Part shown: positions 30,703 through 40,862 of the stretch, piece after piece
Numbering within the stretch: the stretch's first letter is position 1
How the letters are laid out: every line of letters begins with the position of its first letter
IMG/VR virus record: IMGVR_UViG_3300008963_000004
Location: 1-54,374 of that record
DNA from: a virus
Lineage: Duplodnaviria; Caudoviricetes
DNA: 54,374 bases
Strand: one strand, 5' to 3'
Notes under the pieces: model-generated
The model's database searches: none
What the model was told of the DNA's origin: nothing
Seen by the model: only the letters and a program-made list of their open reading frames with translations
Made by a program: the position numbers and the translations under genes

Positions 30703-31941
30703 ATGAATAAGAATCTGTATACCATTGAAGACCTTCTTGAAATTTTGTCTGGACTCAAAGGCAACAGCAGGATTCAAATAGAATCCAGCGATGCGAATAT
30801 ATTGCATAGCATTGCAAGACAAGTATTTAAAGGTGTTGCTTTAACTGACAGGCAATTTGAACTTTGTAAACAAAAATTAGTCAAATACAAAGATCAATAC
30901 ACTGCATTAGAGTATGACTTCGATAATGCAATCGAAAATCTGCGACTGCCTCTGAGGCAAATTGATCGTACTAAATCTGTTACTATTATAGATGATGCTG
31001 ATCTAAAAATTCCTCGTACAGTTTACGAATATTACAAGAACAAATGGAAATGGATTAAAATTAAGTTTCCGTTTAGAAAAAAAGACATAATTGCTATTAA
31101 AAAAATTGTAGAACAGATATCTCGTAATGAATATTTTCATAAGCCCGGATCGCATGAGCATTTTATTAGATTTACAAATCTAAATTGCTATCATGTTTCA
31201 TCTGCTTTGCAAAACAGGAATTTTTCTATTGATACTATTGTGTTGGACTGCTCACAGGAAACTAAAAAGATTTTAGAAAATCCAGATGATTATCAACCAA
31301 AAATAGTCAACAACAGTTTTAAAAATATTCCTAAAATTACTGTTGAAGCTATAAAATCAAATGTTGATGATCTTAATAACGATTCTTTGATTGCGCTGGA
31401 CCGGCAAATAAGATTTTCTTATACTATGCCAGACAACAATACTGAGTCTTATTCGGATCTTACTAATTTAGTTGTACATAGAGAAAAGTCTTCTGTGTAT
31501 ATCGATCCTGAGCAGTATAGTTTAACAGAAATTGCCAACACGTTAAACTCCTTAAATAGATTTCCACTATTGATTGCACTTGACGAAGAAAACAGTTTTG
31601 AACAGATTACACAATCTTACAATGCCTTTAAAAACATCATTGAAAATACGCAACAAAGTGTTCTATTTAGAATAGACAATACTGATACTAAAAATAAAGA
31701 ACTCAATAACTTTGTTAAAGACAATTCTTTAAATAATTGGGTTGACAATAATACTAAAATAGTTTATATTAAAAAGAAAAAATTGCCAAAAATTTTACTA
31801 ACCAGTGATTTTGTTCCAGTTACTATGCTAACACTTACTAGCTATAGAATGAACAAATATGTAGAAACTTATACAAAGTTTAACTGTGATCTAATTGTTA
31901 ATCATGACAAACAACCTAGTATTTTTGGCAATATATTTTAA
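30703..31941 (+). CDS. Hypothetical protein
   Basis: Long ORF with its own promoter, upstream of uvsW. Confidence 0.65.
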   Translation: MNKNLYTIEDLLEILSGLKGNSRIQIESSDANILHSIARQVFKGVALTDRQFELCKQKLVKYKDQYTALEYDFDNAIENLRLPLRQIDRTKSVTIIDDADLKIPRTVYEYYKNKWKWIKIKFPFRKKDIIAIKKIVEQISRNEYFHKPGSHEHFIRFTNLNCYHVSSALQNRNFSIDTIVLDCSQETKKILENPDDYQPKIVNNSFKNIPKITVEAIKSNVDDLNNDSLIALDRQIRFSYTMPDNNTESYSDLTNLVVHREKSSVYIDPEQYSLTEIANTLNSLNRFPLLIALDEENSFEQITQSYNAFKNIIENTQQSVLFRIDNTDTKNKELNNFVKDNSLNNWVDNNTKIVYIKKKKLPKILLTSDFVPVTMLTLTSYRMNKYVETYTKFNCDLIVNHDKQPSIFGNIF

Positions 31942-31949
31942 GGAAATAA

Positions 31950-33443
31950 ATGCCAAGTTGTAAGTTAATTATTGAAGACGAAGTTAATATCAAATTTGAA
32001 GGTTTACCAGTTGATATCAGAAGAAAAATTTCCAATGCATTAAAATATGAACTTCCTTATGCAAAACACATGCCTCAATACAAACTAGGAAGATGGGATG
32101 GCAAAGTTGGATTCTTTGGCATAGGCGGTCATGGTTTTATTAATCATTTAGATATTATTACAGGTATTTTAGAATCAAACAACATAGTAATATCAGAAAT
32201 CGAAGATAAAAGAAAGTCATTTAATCTTGATTTTAAATCTATAAAAGAAGATTTTTGGAAAAATACCTGTTGGCCAAAAGGACACCCTGCCGAAGGAGAA
32301 CCTATTAAACTGAGAGATTATCAAGTTGAAGTAATCAATAATTTTTTAAAAACTCCTCAAGCTCTGCAAGAAGTTGCCACTGGTGCAGGAAAAACCATTA
32401 TCACTGCAACACTATCAAAAATCTGTGAACCCTATGGTCGAAGTTTGGTAATTGTTCCAAACAAAAGTCTAGTCACACAAACCGAAGAAGACTATCGCAA
32501 CTGCGGACTTGATGTTGGTGTTTACTTTGGTGATAGAAAAGAGTTAGGCAAGACACACACAATATGTACTTGGCAAAGTCTTAACACACTTGAAAAGAAA
32601 AGCAAAGATATAACGGAACCTTATAGTACAAGATTACTTAAAGATCCAAATAATGTCACTCTTGATGAATTTTTAGAAAATATAAACTGTGTTATTGTTG
32701 ATGAGGTGCACCAAGCAAAAGCTGATGTGTTGAAGAAACTGCTCACACAGAACCTTCGCAATGCTCCTATACGCTGGGGATTAACCGGCACAGTACCTAA
32801 AGAAGATTTTGAGTTTCAAGCAATACATGCCAGTCTTGGGCCAGTAGTAGGGCATGTAAGCGCAAAAGAATTACAAAACAAAGGTGTATTATCCAATTGT
32901 CATGTAAATGTATGTCAGCTAATTGATACAGTTGCACACAGAAGTTATCAAGAAGAGCTTAAATATCTTGTTACAGATAAAAGCAGGATTGAATATATTG
33001 CAAAAATGTTAAATACTGTTAAGGAATCAGGTAATACATTGATTCTTGTTGACAGGATCTCAGCAGGCGAAATGTTACATGAGTTAATTCCGGATTCGGT
33101 ATTTGTCAAAGGTGATGTAAAACTAAACGACAGAAAAGACGCTTATGATGAAATTAACAAAGGTACAAACCACGTTGTTATTGCTACTTATGGTGTTGCT
33201 GCTGTCGGTATTAATATACCTAGGATTTTCAATTTGGTTCTTTTTGAACCTGGTAAAAGTTTTGTCCGAGTTATTCAGTCCATAGGCAGAGGCGTAAGAA
33301 AAGCAAAAGATAAAGATTTTGTACAGATATGGGATATTACTAGCACATGCAAATATGCAAAGCGTCATTTAAGAGAACGTAAACGATTTTATAAGGAAGC
33401 CGAGTACCCATTTACTATAGAAAAAATAGATTGGCAAAAATGA
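31950..33443 (+). CDS. uvsW: SF2 DNA helicase UvsW
   Basis: LRDYQ, ATGAGKT, DEVH, LTGT, GINIP, QSIGRG.R. Confidence 0.9.
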   Translation: MPSCKLIIEDEVNIKFEGLPVDIRRKISNALKYELPYAKHMPQYKLGRWDGKVGFFGIGGHGFINHLDIITGILESNNIVISEIEDKRKSFNLDFKSIKEDFWKNTCWPKGHPAEGEPIKLRDYQVEVINNFLKTPQALQEVATGAGKTIITATLSKICEPYGRSLVIVPNKSLVTQTEEDYRNCGLDVGVYFGDRKELGKTHTICTWQSLNTLEKKSKDITEPYSTRLLKDPNNVTLDEFLENINCVIVDEVHQAKADVLKKLLTQNLRNAPIRWGLTGTVPKEDFEFQAIHASLGPVVGHVSAKELQNKGVLSNCHVNVCQLIDTVAHRSYQEELKYLVTDKSRIEYIAKMLNTVKESGNTLILVDRISAGEMLHELIPDSVFVKGDVKLNDRKDAYDEINKGTNHVVIATYGVAAVGINIPRIFNLVLFEPGKSFVRVIQSIGRGVRKAKDKDFVQIWDITSTCKYAKRHLRERKRFYKEAEYPFTIEKIDWQK

Positions 33444-33946
33444 ATATATTACTAATAGACAACCAACCATATAACTTAAATACTATTCCAGAAGAAGTTG
33501 ACGATAATTTAAGATTTTCTGTTTTAGATAACAGCAATCCACAGGATCCTGATTTTTTCTTTATGCCTTTGATTTTTTTAGAAAGTTTTAACTCTCCTGC
33601 TGTAGTTTTAGAAATAGACGGAAAAGAACTAACCATGCCGCTAGACTGGCGTATTGCAGTAGGATGCAGTGAAGCAGGCAGTGATTTAGAAGTTTTAAGT
33701 TTAACCAGTTTAAATCAGCGAGGATTTGAGGCATTCTTATTTAATCCATTAACCAGTTACAAAGCTGAATTTGCTCATATCGAAATAACAAATTTTTACA
33801 ATGATGTTAAATGGTACTTTCCAAAAATGAAAAATGGTCAACTGTTAAGTGTACCAATTGAAAGCAAAAAAGATTCGTTGTGTGCACACTTTGTTAAAGA
33901 CATAAGTAGGCAAAGTGAATTAATTGACTTTGGTAAGCTTTTGTAG
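33440..33946 (+). CDS. Hypothetical protein
   Basis: ATGA overlap with the uvsW stop. Confidence 0.65.
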   Translation: MNILLIDNQPYNLNTIPEEVDDNLRFSVLDNSNPQDPDFFFMPLIFLESFNSPAVVLEIDGKELTMPLDWRIAVGCSEAGSDLEVLSLTSLNQRGFEAFLFNPLTSYKAEFAHIEITNFYNDVKWYFPKMKNGQLLSVPIESKKDSLCAHFVKDISRQSELIDFGKLL

Positions 33947-34023
33947 AAACGTTGATTAATTTATAAAAAATTTTCTAATTGTATTATTGAAGTAAAAAAT
34001 TATATTAAATAAAGGAGACTAAT

Positions 34024-34302
34024 ATGTTTAATTGGATAAAACGACTTTTAGGATTTACAGAAGAAAAAAGAGAACCATTAGTTCTAACTGATCCTATAAA
34101 ATACGAAGACGAAATAAAAGTTCAAGAACGTCCACCTGAACCAAAGCCTACAAAACCTAAAAAGAAAACAAGTAAGAAAAAATCAGTCGATCTTGATTCA
34201 ATGACTAAAACACAACTTCTTGCAGAAGCAAAAAAGCGTGGTATTAAAGCCAATGCCAGTTTAAAAAAGAACGAGATTCTTGACCGACTCAACGCCCAAT
34301 AA
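34024..34302 (+). CDS. Small basic protein with C-terminal HeH/Rho-N-like motif
   Basis: LDSMTKTQLLAEAKKRGI...LKKNEIL; good SD (AAGGAG). Confidence 0.6.
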   Translation: MFNWIKRLLGFTEEKREPLVLTDPIKYEDEIKVQERPPEPKPTKPKKKTSKKKSVDLDSMTKTQLLAEAKKRGIKANASLKKNEILDRLNAQ

Positions 34303-34558
34303 ATTAATTCCAGGTGCAGCACTTATACATGAATGTGTTGACGGAGTTATATATACTAGATATAGAGATCCGCCTTATAATCAAATAGAACGGTGGATTT
34401 CTGGCGGCGACCCTGATGCAGTTGCTAATGCCAACGGCGAACTTTTAAGTTATTTTCAGTGGCAAGAAATATTTAGATTATCAGAAGAAAATCCAACGCT
34501 AAAAAAACAATTGGATCAACTTTTAAACACATATTACATTATAAAAGATCAAAAATAA
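34280..34558 (+). CDS. Hypothetical protein
   Basis: ORF in the operon; start uncertain. Confidence 0.5.
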   Translation: MTDSTPNKLIPGAALIHECVDGVIYTRYRDPPYNQIERWISGGDPDAVANANGELLSYFQWQEIFRLSEENPTLKKQLDQLLNTYYIIKDQK

Positions 34559-34618
34559 AAGGTTGGCAAATTAATATAAACCTTGTAAACTTTAAAACAT
34601 AATATAAGGAATTCAATT

Positions 34619-35083
34619 ATGTCACAAGAAAAATTAACATTAAAACAAATACTTGGGTGCATCGATATGAATTATAAAGGTGCATGGAATGAATTCACTG
34701 AGGAAGAACGCAAAAGTATAAATTTTTGGTTATTGAATAGGTATGTTAGCAGTGTCTCAGGAAGTAGAGAAAAACAAGAAGCTGCTATACAAAAAACAAA
34801 CAAATACTATAACAGACATTATCTTACTTTGCAAAAAAATCATAAACCTTTGCTGTGGAAATTGTTGTGTATATCAGGAGCGACAAATAATATTGAATAT
34901 CATCCATGGATTGGGTTAAAGCAAAAGAAAAATACCAATAACAAAACAATAAAATTGCTGATGAAAATATATCCTAATATGAAAATAGACGAGATAGAAA
35001 CACTTGCTAAAATATCTACAAAATCAGAAATCAAACAACTTGCAGAAGAGCATGGATACGAAAAGAAAGACATTGACATCTAA
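34619..35083 (+). CDS. Possible clamp-loader small subunit (gp62-like)
   Basis: F.LLNRY.S, N.Y.N, H..L.W, YHPWI resemble gp62-type proteins. Inference. Confidence 0.5.
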   Translation: MSQEKLTLKQILGCIDMNYKGAWNEFTEEERKSINFWLLNRYVSSVSGSREKQEAAIQKTNKYYNRHYLTLQKNHKPLLWKLLCISGATNNIEYHPWIGLKQKKNTNNKTIKLLMKIYPNMKIDEIETLAKISTKSEIKQLAEEHGYEKKDIDI

Positions 35084-35756
35084 GCCATATACCTGTGAAT
35101 ATTGTAAAAAATCGTTTACTAAAGAAAGTACAATAACTTCTCATTTATGTGAAAAAAAGAGACGAGCTTTACAAAAAAACGAAAGGCGGGTACAATTAGG
35201 ATACCAAGCATTCATAAGATTTTATCAATTAAGTGCAGGATACAAAGGTATAAAAACCTATGAAGAATTCTGCAACAGTAGTTTTTATAATGCATTTGTA
35301 AAATTTGGTAGCTTTTTATCAAATGTAAAACCGTTGTATCCAGAAAAATACATAGACTGGATTGTAACCAGTAATGTAAAGTTAGATAAATGGTGTCAAG
35401 ATGAATTATATGAAAAATATGTAATTGAATTAATTAAAAAAGAAAATGTAGAAACAGCATTAGAAAGATCAATAAAAACCATGGACACTTGGGCAAAAGA
35501 AAAAAACAGTGTGTGGAATCATTATTTTATATATGCGTCACCAAACAGAGTTACTTGGGATCTCAAAGATGGTAAAATATCACCATGGTTAATATTAAAC
35601 AGTGAAACTGGAAGAAATATGTTAAACAATTTCAATGATGAACAATTAAATTTGTTGAACAAAATATTAGATCCAAAACACTGGTCGTTAAAATTTAAAA
35701 GACATCCCAAAGATGTTGAACTAGTTAAACAAATTGTACAGGAAGCAAAACTATGA
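35052..35756 (+). CDS. Hypothetical protein with N-terminal zinc finger
   Basis: CEYC.K.F...H.C; G.ISPW. Confidence 0.65.
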   Translation: MDTKRKTLTSKPYTCEYCKKSFTKESTITSHLCEKKRRALQKNERRVQLGYQAFIRFYQLSAGYKGIKTYEEFCNSSFYNAFVKFGSFLSNVKPLYPEKYIDWIVTSNVKLDKWCQDELYEKYVIELIKKENVETALERSIKTMDTWAKEKNSVWNHYFIYASPNRVTWDLKDGKISPWLILNSETGRNMLNNFNDEQLNLLNKILDPKHWSLKFKRHPKDVELVKQIVQEAKL

Positions 35757-35944
35757 GAACATTAAAAGACGGAGTACAAGTGTACGAACTTGATAATCCT
35801 GTAGATCTAGTTATTAAAACTAAAGCGCCAATGAAATGGTTATTGATTGACAGAGAAACTGGCGAACAATACATAGGTAATACGCCACAAGAAAACAGAT
35901 ATCATTGGAGCAAAGTTCCAGAAAGGTATCACAAAGATGCCTGA
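35753..35944 (+). CDS. Hypothetical protein
   Basis: Coupled ORF (TKAP.KWLLIDRETGE.YIG). Confidence 0.6.
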   Translation: MRTLKDGVQVYELDNPVDLVIKTKAPMKWLLIDRETGEQYIGNTPQENRYHWSKVPERYHKDA

Positions 35945-36506
35945 TATTGATTTAGATTTTTCTAATAGAGACGAAATATTAGAAAAACTATTGCACAGAG
36001 CTGCTAAACTTCCTAATGGCAAAAAACACAACACTGGCATTTATGTTACAGAAATACCGAACAATCCAATTGATAATGTTGCAACAATAGATCACAAGAC
36101 AGCAGAGGATCGGGGATATTTTAAACTGGATTTTCTAAATGTAAGTATTTACAAGGACATTCGAAACGAAGAACACCTGCAAAATCTTATGAACAAAGAA
36201 CCAATCTGGGACTTGTTGTTGCACAAAGAATTTGTTGATCAATTATTTCATTTAAATGGCCATGATAATATTTTAAAGAAAACCAAACCCGATTCAGTGG
36301 AAAAATTAGCCGCGGTATTGGCTATGATTAGACCATCAAAAAGACATTTAGAAAATAAAAGTTGGAAAGAAATTTTCGAAGAAGTTTGGAAAAAACCAGA
36401 AAACGGTGAATACTACTTTAAAAAATCACACGGAATTGCTTATGCATTTGTTGTTGTTGTACACATGAATCTACTGTGCGAAAAAGCTATTGAGGCTTCC
36501 TCATAA
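35937..36506 (+). CDS. Miniature DNA polymerase III alpha (DnaE)-like catalytic core
   Basis: MPDIDLDF, H.TG, GYFKLDFL, KP.S...LA..LA.IRP, Y.FKKSH..AYA. Confidence 0.8.
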   Translation: MPDIDLDFSNRDEILEKLLHRAAKLPNGKKHNTGIYVTEIPNNPIDNVATIDHKTAEDRGYFKLDFLNVSIYKDIRNEEHLQNLMNKEPIWDLLLHKEFVDQLFHLNGHDNILKKTKPDSVEKLAAVLAMIRPSKRHLENKSWKEIFEEVWKKPENGEYYFKKSHGIAYAFVVVVHMNLLCEKAIEASS

Positions 36507-36855
36507 CTTGTACGCTTTTTCGTTTTACACGTTTCAGTGAAAGATTGTTGAGATTAACACATGGCCCTATACTGACCTTAACATCTTTGCTGTTCATACT
36601 GATCATACAATAATTTAATTCAACAATATCTTTCTTTAAGAAAATGTTGATGGGAATCATTCTATTTGATTCCCACCACCATATTTCGCCTAAATCCAGC
36701 AACAACTTCTTGTGCTCATCTGACTTCAGTTTGTCATAAACGTACATAGTAGTAATGGTATTATCTTGGTTAGAGATAATACCAACATATTCGTTGCCCC
36801 CGTATGCAACAACACTAATAAATGGAAAATTATTTTCAATATTTTTTAATAACAT
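36487..36855 (-). CDS. Hypothetical protein
   Basis: Intact ORF (WWWESNR.IPI) with a minus-strand TATAAGTA box at 36867-36874. Confidence 0.65.
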   Translation of the reverse strand: MLLKNIENNFPFISVVAYGGNEYVGIISNQDNTITTMYVYDKLKSDEHKKLLLDLGEIWWWESNRMIPINIFLKKDIVELNYCMISMNSKDVKVSIGPCVNLNNLSLKRVKRKSVQVMRKPQ

Positions 36856-36889
36856 ATTACGATAAATACTTATACAAAAGGTTTCAATA

Positions 36890-37897
36890 ATGCAAAAAAC
36901 TTACAGATATTTAGCAAAGAACAAAATTATTGTAGTAGCAGATTTGAACGGATTTGTAACGGAGTATAAACCAGTGTATCAAAGAACTTTAGAAGTTTAC
37001 AAAGGCATAGATAATTTATTATATTTTGAAGTAAAAAACCATGATCAAAAAAATGTAGACCTAGATGGATATACTCCTACTTTGGTGGTGTTTGACGAAA
37101 ACAATAATATGGTGTTAAAAAAATCAGGCACTGTTTTAGATGATACAGTAACAGTAAATACTGCAACAGAAGAACCAAAAAACAATACGGTATTAACATT
37201 TGCCAGCGTCGAAGGAATCGAATCAGGACAGCGTGTTACAGGATTTAACATACAAGACAAAACATTGGTATCTAATGTAAACAATACAACTGTAACTATT
37301 AACAAACCTATAATCAATGATATTCCTGTTGGAACTCCGATAACATTTCAAACCAAAAACAAAAAAGGTGTATTTACTGTTAACATAACTGAACACGAAT
37401 TGTTGAACCTTCGGAGTCAATATCTCAATTATGCAGTTTATCTCATTGACGAAAATTCGCAAAAAGTTTTAACTTACAGTGATTCACATTTTGGTGCAGA
37501 AGCAACAATAAATCTCAAAGATACTGTAATGCCAGGTCCAACAGATACATTTAGTATTTCTCAATTTTTAAGAAACGCGCCAAATGAAGATGTGTGGGTA
37601 AGCGAAAGTATAACAGCACAACCTGCATTAAACGGAAATACTGCATTGCACACAGCAGCAATATATAGTAAAAATTATATAGGTACTGTAACTGTACAAG
37701 GAACCTTACAACCGCAAGTTACTAACAATACAGTATGGGCTGATATTACTACATTATCATTGGATAATGAAACTGAACCAGTGCCTGTAAATTTCAATGG
37801 AGTATTCAGTCATCTAAGGTTTAAATTAGAACCACAAGAAGCTGACGAAGATTATATAATCGGCGACAAGGTATTTAAAATTCTATTGAGAAACTGA
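36890..37897 (+). CDS. Hypothetical beta-rich virion protein
   Basis: Late box at 36861; T/V/N-rich. Confidence 0.55.
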   Translation: MQKTYRYLAKNKIIVVADLNGFVTEYKPVYQRTLEVYKGIDNLLYFEVKNHDQKNVDLDGYTPTLVVFDENNNMVLKKSGTVLDDTVTVNTATEEPKNNTVLTFASVEGIESGQRVTGFNIQDKTLVSNVNNTTVTINKPIINDIPVGTPITFQTKNKKGVFTVNITEHELLNLRSQYLNYAVYLIDENSQKVLTYSDSHFGAEATINLKDTVMPGPTDTFSISQFLRNAPNEDVWVSESITAQPALNGNTALHTAAIYSKNYIGTVTVQGTLQPQVTNNTVWADITTLSLDNETEPVPVNFNGVFSHLRFKLEPQEADEDYIIGDKVFKILLRN

Positions 37898-37926
37898 TTG
37901 ACTATTGCTCAATGTGTTGTTAAAAT
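37898..37926 (+). promoter_or_regulatory. Sigma70 promoter, leaderless
   Basis: TTGACT-17-TAAAAT, with ATG 6 nt later. Confidence 0.7.
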
Positions 37927-37932
37927 AACAAC

Positions 37933-38922
37933 ATGAGTCTAGTTTCTGATCTTGTTATAGCATATATTTCTGGAAAGAAAAAGACTACACCCAGCGGCTG
38001 GACAAGTTTTGATGCTCCTTGTTGTATACACAATGGAGAAAATGCAGATAAAAGACAACGCGGCGGAATAATTACCAAAGACGATACATTCAGTTATCAT
38101 TGTTTTAATTGTGGATATAAGGCCAGTTGGCAACCAGGAAGAAATCTCAGTTACAAAATGCGAAAGCTGTTGCAATGGTTAAATGTTCCAGACAGCGAAA
38201 TTAATAAACTAGCATTGGATGTTCTTAAAATCAATGAAAATGTTTCAGTTTCGCGTAATGATATAGGGTTGCCGCAATTTGATTCAGTTTCGTTGCCTGA
38301 AGATGCTAGGTTAATAACAGATGATCCTTGTAACGAATCAGAATATTTGTTTAAAGTAAAACAGTACATGAAAAGCAGGCAAATGTGGATAGACCAAGAA
38401 GATTATGATTATTATTGGAGTCCTAGCCTGATGTACAGAGAACGTGTAATAATACCTTTTACATACAACAACAGAATTGTTGGATGGACTGCCAGGCGAG
38501 TTACAGACGGAAATCCTAAATATTTAATGGAAACACAGCCTGGGTATGTATACGGATTAGATCAACAGCGTCCTGAAAAAATCTTTTGTATAGTGTGCGA
38601 AGGTCCTATTGATGCACAATATATCGAAGGATGTGCACTAATGGGATCAGAAATATCCCAGCAGCAAGCACTGTTACTGAATAGATTAAACAAGGATATT
38701 ATTGTTGTACCTGATAAAGATAGCAAAGGTCAGCAATTGGTAAATCAAGCTATAGATTTAGGTTGGAGCGTTAGTATGCCAGACTGGGGTACAAATTGTA
38801 AAGATATAGGCGATGCTGTACTTAAATATGGTAGGCTTTATACACTGTACAGTATTGTCACTGCTGCCGAAAGCAGTAACTTAAAAATTAGATTGAGAGA
38901 GAAAAAATGGTTTCAATACTAA
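37933..38922 (+). CDS. DNA primase (gp61/DnaG-like)
   Basis: Zn ribbon CC..YHCFNCG, RVIIPF, GWTAR, PKY, TOPRIM EGPIDA and VPDKD. Confidence 0.9.
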   Translation: MSLVSDLVIAYISGKKKTTPSGWTSFDAPCCIHNGENADKRQRGGIITKDDTFSYHCFNCGYKASWQPGRNLSYKMRKLLQWLNVPDSEINKLALDVLKINENVSVSRNDIGLPQFDSVSLPEDARLITDDPCNESEYLFKVKQYMKSRQMWIDQEDYDYYWSPSLMYRERVIIPFTYNNRIVGWTARRVTDGNPKYLMETQPGYVYGLDQQRPEKIFCIVCEGPIDAQYIEGCALMGSEISQQQALLLNRLNKDIIVVPDKDSKGQQLVNQAIDLGWSVSMPDWGTNCKDIGDAVLKYGRLYTLYSIVTAAESSNLKIRLREKKWFQY

Positions 38923-39032
38923 AAAAGATTTGGCATATTTTAATATGGCCATATACTAGAATCAAAGAAAAGATTCAACTTCGTAAAAAATTAAAAGAAC
39001 TAAGAAAAAAGGATCCTTTTATATATCGATGA
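38907..39032 (+). CDS. 41-aa basic protein (not in ORF track)
   Basis: MVSILKKIWHILIWPYTRIKEKIQLRKKLKELRKKDPFIYR*; stop overlaps the next ATG. Confidence 0.65.
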   Translation: MVSILKKIWHILIWPYTRIKEKIQLRKKLKELRKKDPFIYR

Positions 39033-40531
39033 TTACTTGGGGAATATCAGCAAACAGTCATGATGCTGCATTAGCAGTATTCAATGATGATGGATTAGAA
39101 TTTGCCAGTCATAGCGAAAGATTCAGTGGAATAAAGAATGACCCTAATCTGCACAGTGATTTAATTGATTATGCTCGTCAATGGGGAGAACCAGACGAAG
39201 TTGTTTGGTATGAACGTCCTTTGGCTAAAAGCTTTAGACAACTTCGAGCAGGCCAAGGATTTAAATTTTTTGAAAACAACATCAAAGGTTATTTGCGTTC
39301 TTATGGAATAGACACTCCTATTCATTATATTGACCATCATTATTCACACGCTGCTGGTGGCTATTACACTTCACCGTTTGAAAAAGCCACTGTGCTTTGT
39401 TTGGACAGTATTGGCGAATTTGATACTATGACTGTATGGGATGCTACAGAAGAACAAGGTTTAAAAAAGATATTTTCGCAGAAATATCCTCATAGTATAG
39501 GATTGTGGTACAGTGCTATGACACAGAGAATAGGATTAAAGCCACAGGAAGACGAGTATATACTAATGGGTATGGCTGCATATGGCGATCCTCTTAGATT
39601 TTTTAATGAAATATTGCAGGATTTTTTCTATCCTGTAGACAGTAGCACTGGTTTGCATAGCTGGATACACATGTTACATGATACTCCTACAGTTAGATTG
39701 CGTCATAATTTACACAAAGGATGCATGTGGTGGAGGCCAGAACTTAACAACAAAAAAGATATCATAGATATAGCAGCCGCAGTCCAAGCAATATACGAAT
39801 ATCTGCTAAAATACATCAGTAACTGGGCTAGATCAAAATCGTCATCAGGCAATCTAGTTTTCGCAGGAGGTTGTGCACTGAATTGTTCGGCCAATAGTAA
39901 AATATACAAAGATTGGAACAATGTGCACATCATGCCCAATCCAGGCGACGCAGGCAGTGCAATAGGTGCAGTGCTTGCACACAAAAAACAATTCATGCCT
40001 ATGCCGCATGTTTTTACAGGTTATAACATTGTAGGAGATTATCCAGTTGAAGAAATTTTACACGAGTTGTTGGACACTGGTATTTGTGGTGTGGCCAACG
40101 GTCGAGCTGAATTTGGACCTAGAGCATTGGGCAACCGCAGCTTATTGGCAGACCCACGAAAAGATCATATCAAAGACACAGTTAATGCTATTAAACAGCG
40201 ACAGCAGTTTAGACCATTTGCGCCAGCAGTTTTGGAGGAACATGCATCTTCCTATTTCCACGGACCTGTCAGCCCATACATGCAATACACTGCAACTTGC
40301 ACGGATCCTGGATTACCTGCAATCACGCACAGGGACGGCACCAGTAGGGTACAGACAGTTTCTGCAAAAGAAAGCATGGGCTTTAGAAAACTGTTAGAAC
40401 GATGGTATGAAGAAACTGGCTGTCCTGTATTACTAAATACCTCGCTCAATATCAAAGGACGTCCTATGGTAAACACAGCCGATGATGCTAGAGAATTTGA
40501 AAACACATACGGAGTAAAAGTTTTTACATGA
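39029..40531 (+). CDS. Carbamoyltransferase (NodU/CmcH/TobZ family)
   Basis: HDAA, SERFS..K, HHYSHAA, MGMAAYG, GGCALN, GDAG, EFGPRALGNRSLL, RPFAP, H.DGTSRVQTV, LNTSLN. Confidence 0.95.
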   Translation: MITWGISANSHDAALAVFNDDGLEFASHSERFSGIKNDPNLHSDLIDYARQWGEPDEVVWYERPLAKSFRQLRAGQGFKFFENNIKGYLRSYGIDTPIHYIDHHYSHAAGGYYTSPFEKATVLCLDSIGEFDTMTVWDATEEQGLKKIFSQKYPHSIGLWYSAMTQRIGLKPQEDEYILMGMAAYGDPLRFFNEILQDFFYPVDSSTGLHSWIHMLHDTPTVRLRHNLHKGCMWWRPELNNKKDIIDIAAAVQAIYEYLLKYISNWARSKSSSGNLVFAGGCALNCSANSKIYKDWNNVHIMPNPGDAGSAIGAVLAHKKQFMPMPHVFTGYNIVGDYPVEEILHELLDTGICGVANGRAEFGPRALGNRSLLADPRKDHIKDTVNAIKQRQQFRPFAPAVLEEHASSYFHGPVSPYMQYTATCTDPGLPAITHRDGTSRVQTVSAKESMGFRKLLERWYEETGCPVLLNTSLNIKGRPMVNTADDAREFENTYGVKVFT

Positions 40532-40827
40532 TAACAGAAGAACAAGTAAGAGAAGCACTAAGAGACGTATACGATCCTGAAATTTCAATAAATGTACAGG
40601 ATTTAGGACTTATATATGAAGTAAACATCGACGGCAGCACTGTGGAAGTTGTACACACATTAACATCAATGATGTGTCCGTTTGCGGACGAAATTTGTGA
40701 AAACATCTATCTTGCTGTTGCTGCACTGGACGGAGTTGACAAAGTTATACCCAACTTGGTGTTTGATCCACCGTTTAGTATTGATCAAGTTCCTGAAGAA
40801 ACTAGAATACTAATGGGATGGTATTGA
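40528..40827 (+). CDS. SufT/PaaD-like DUF59 Fe-S assembly protein
   Basis: VYDPEI..N..DLGLIY, TLTS..CP, LVFDPP. Confidence 0.9.
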   Translation: MITEEQVREALRDVYDPEISINVQDLGLIYEVNIDGSTVEVVHTLTSMMCPFADEICENIYLAVAALDGVDKVIPNLVFDPPFSIDQVPEETRILMGWY

Positions 40828-40856
40828 TTGACAATTTTTGAAATAAAGCATAAATT
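40828..40856 (+). promoter_or_regulatory. Sigma70 promoter, leaderless
   Basis: TTGACA-17-TAAATT, with ATG 6 nt later. Confidence 0.7.
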
Positions 40857-40862
40857 AACAGT

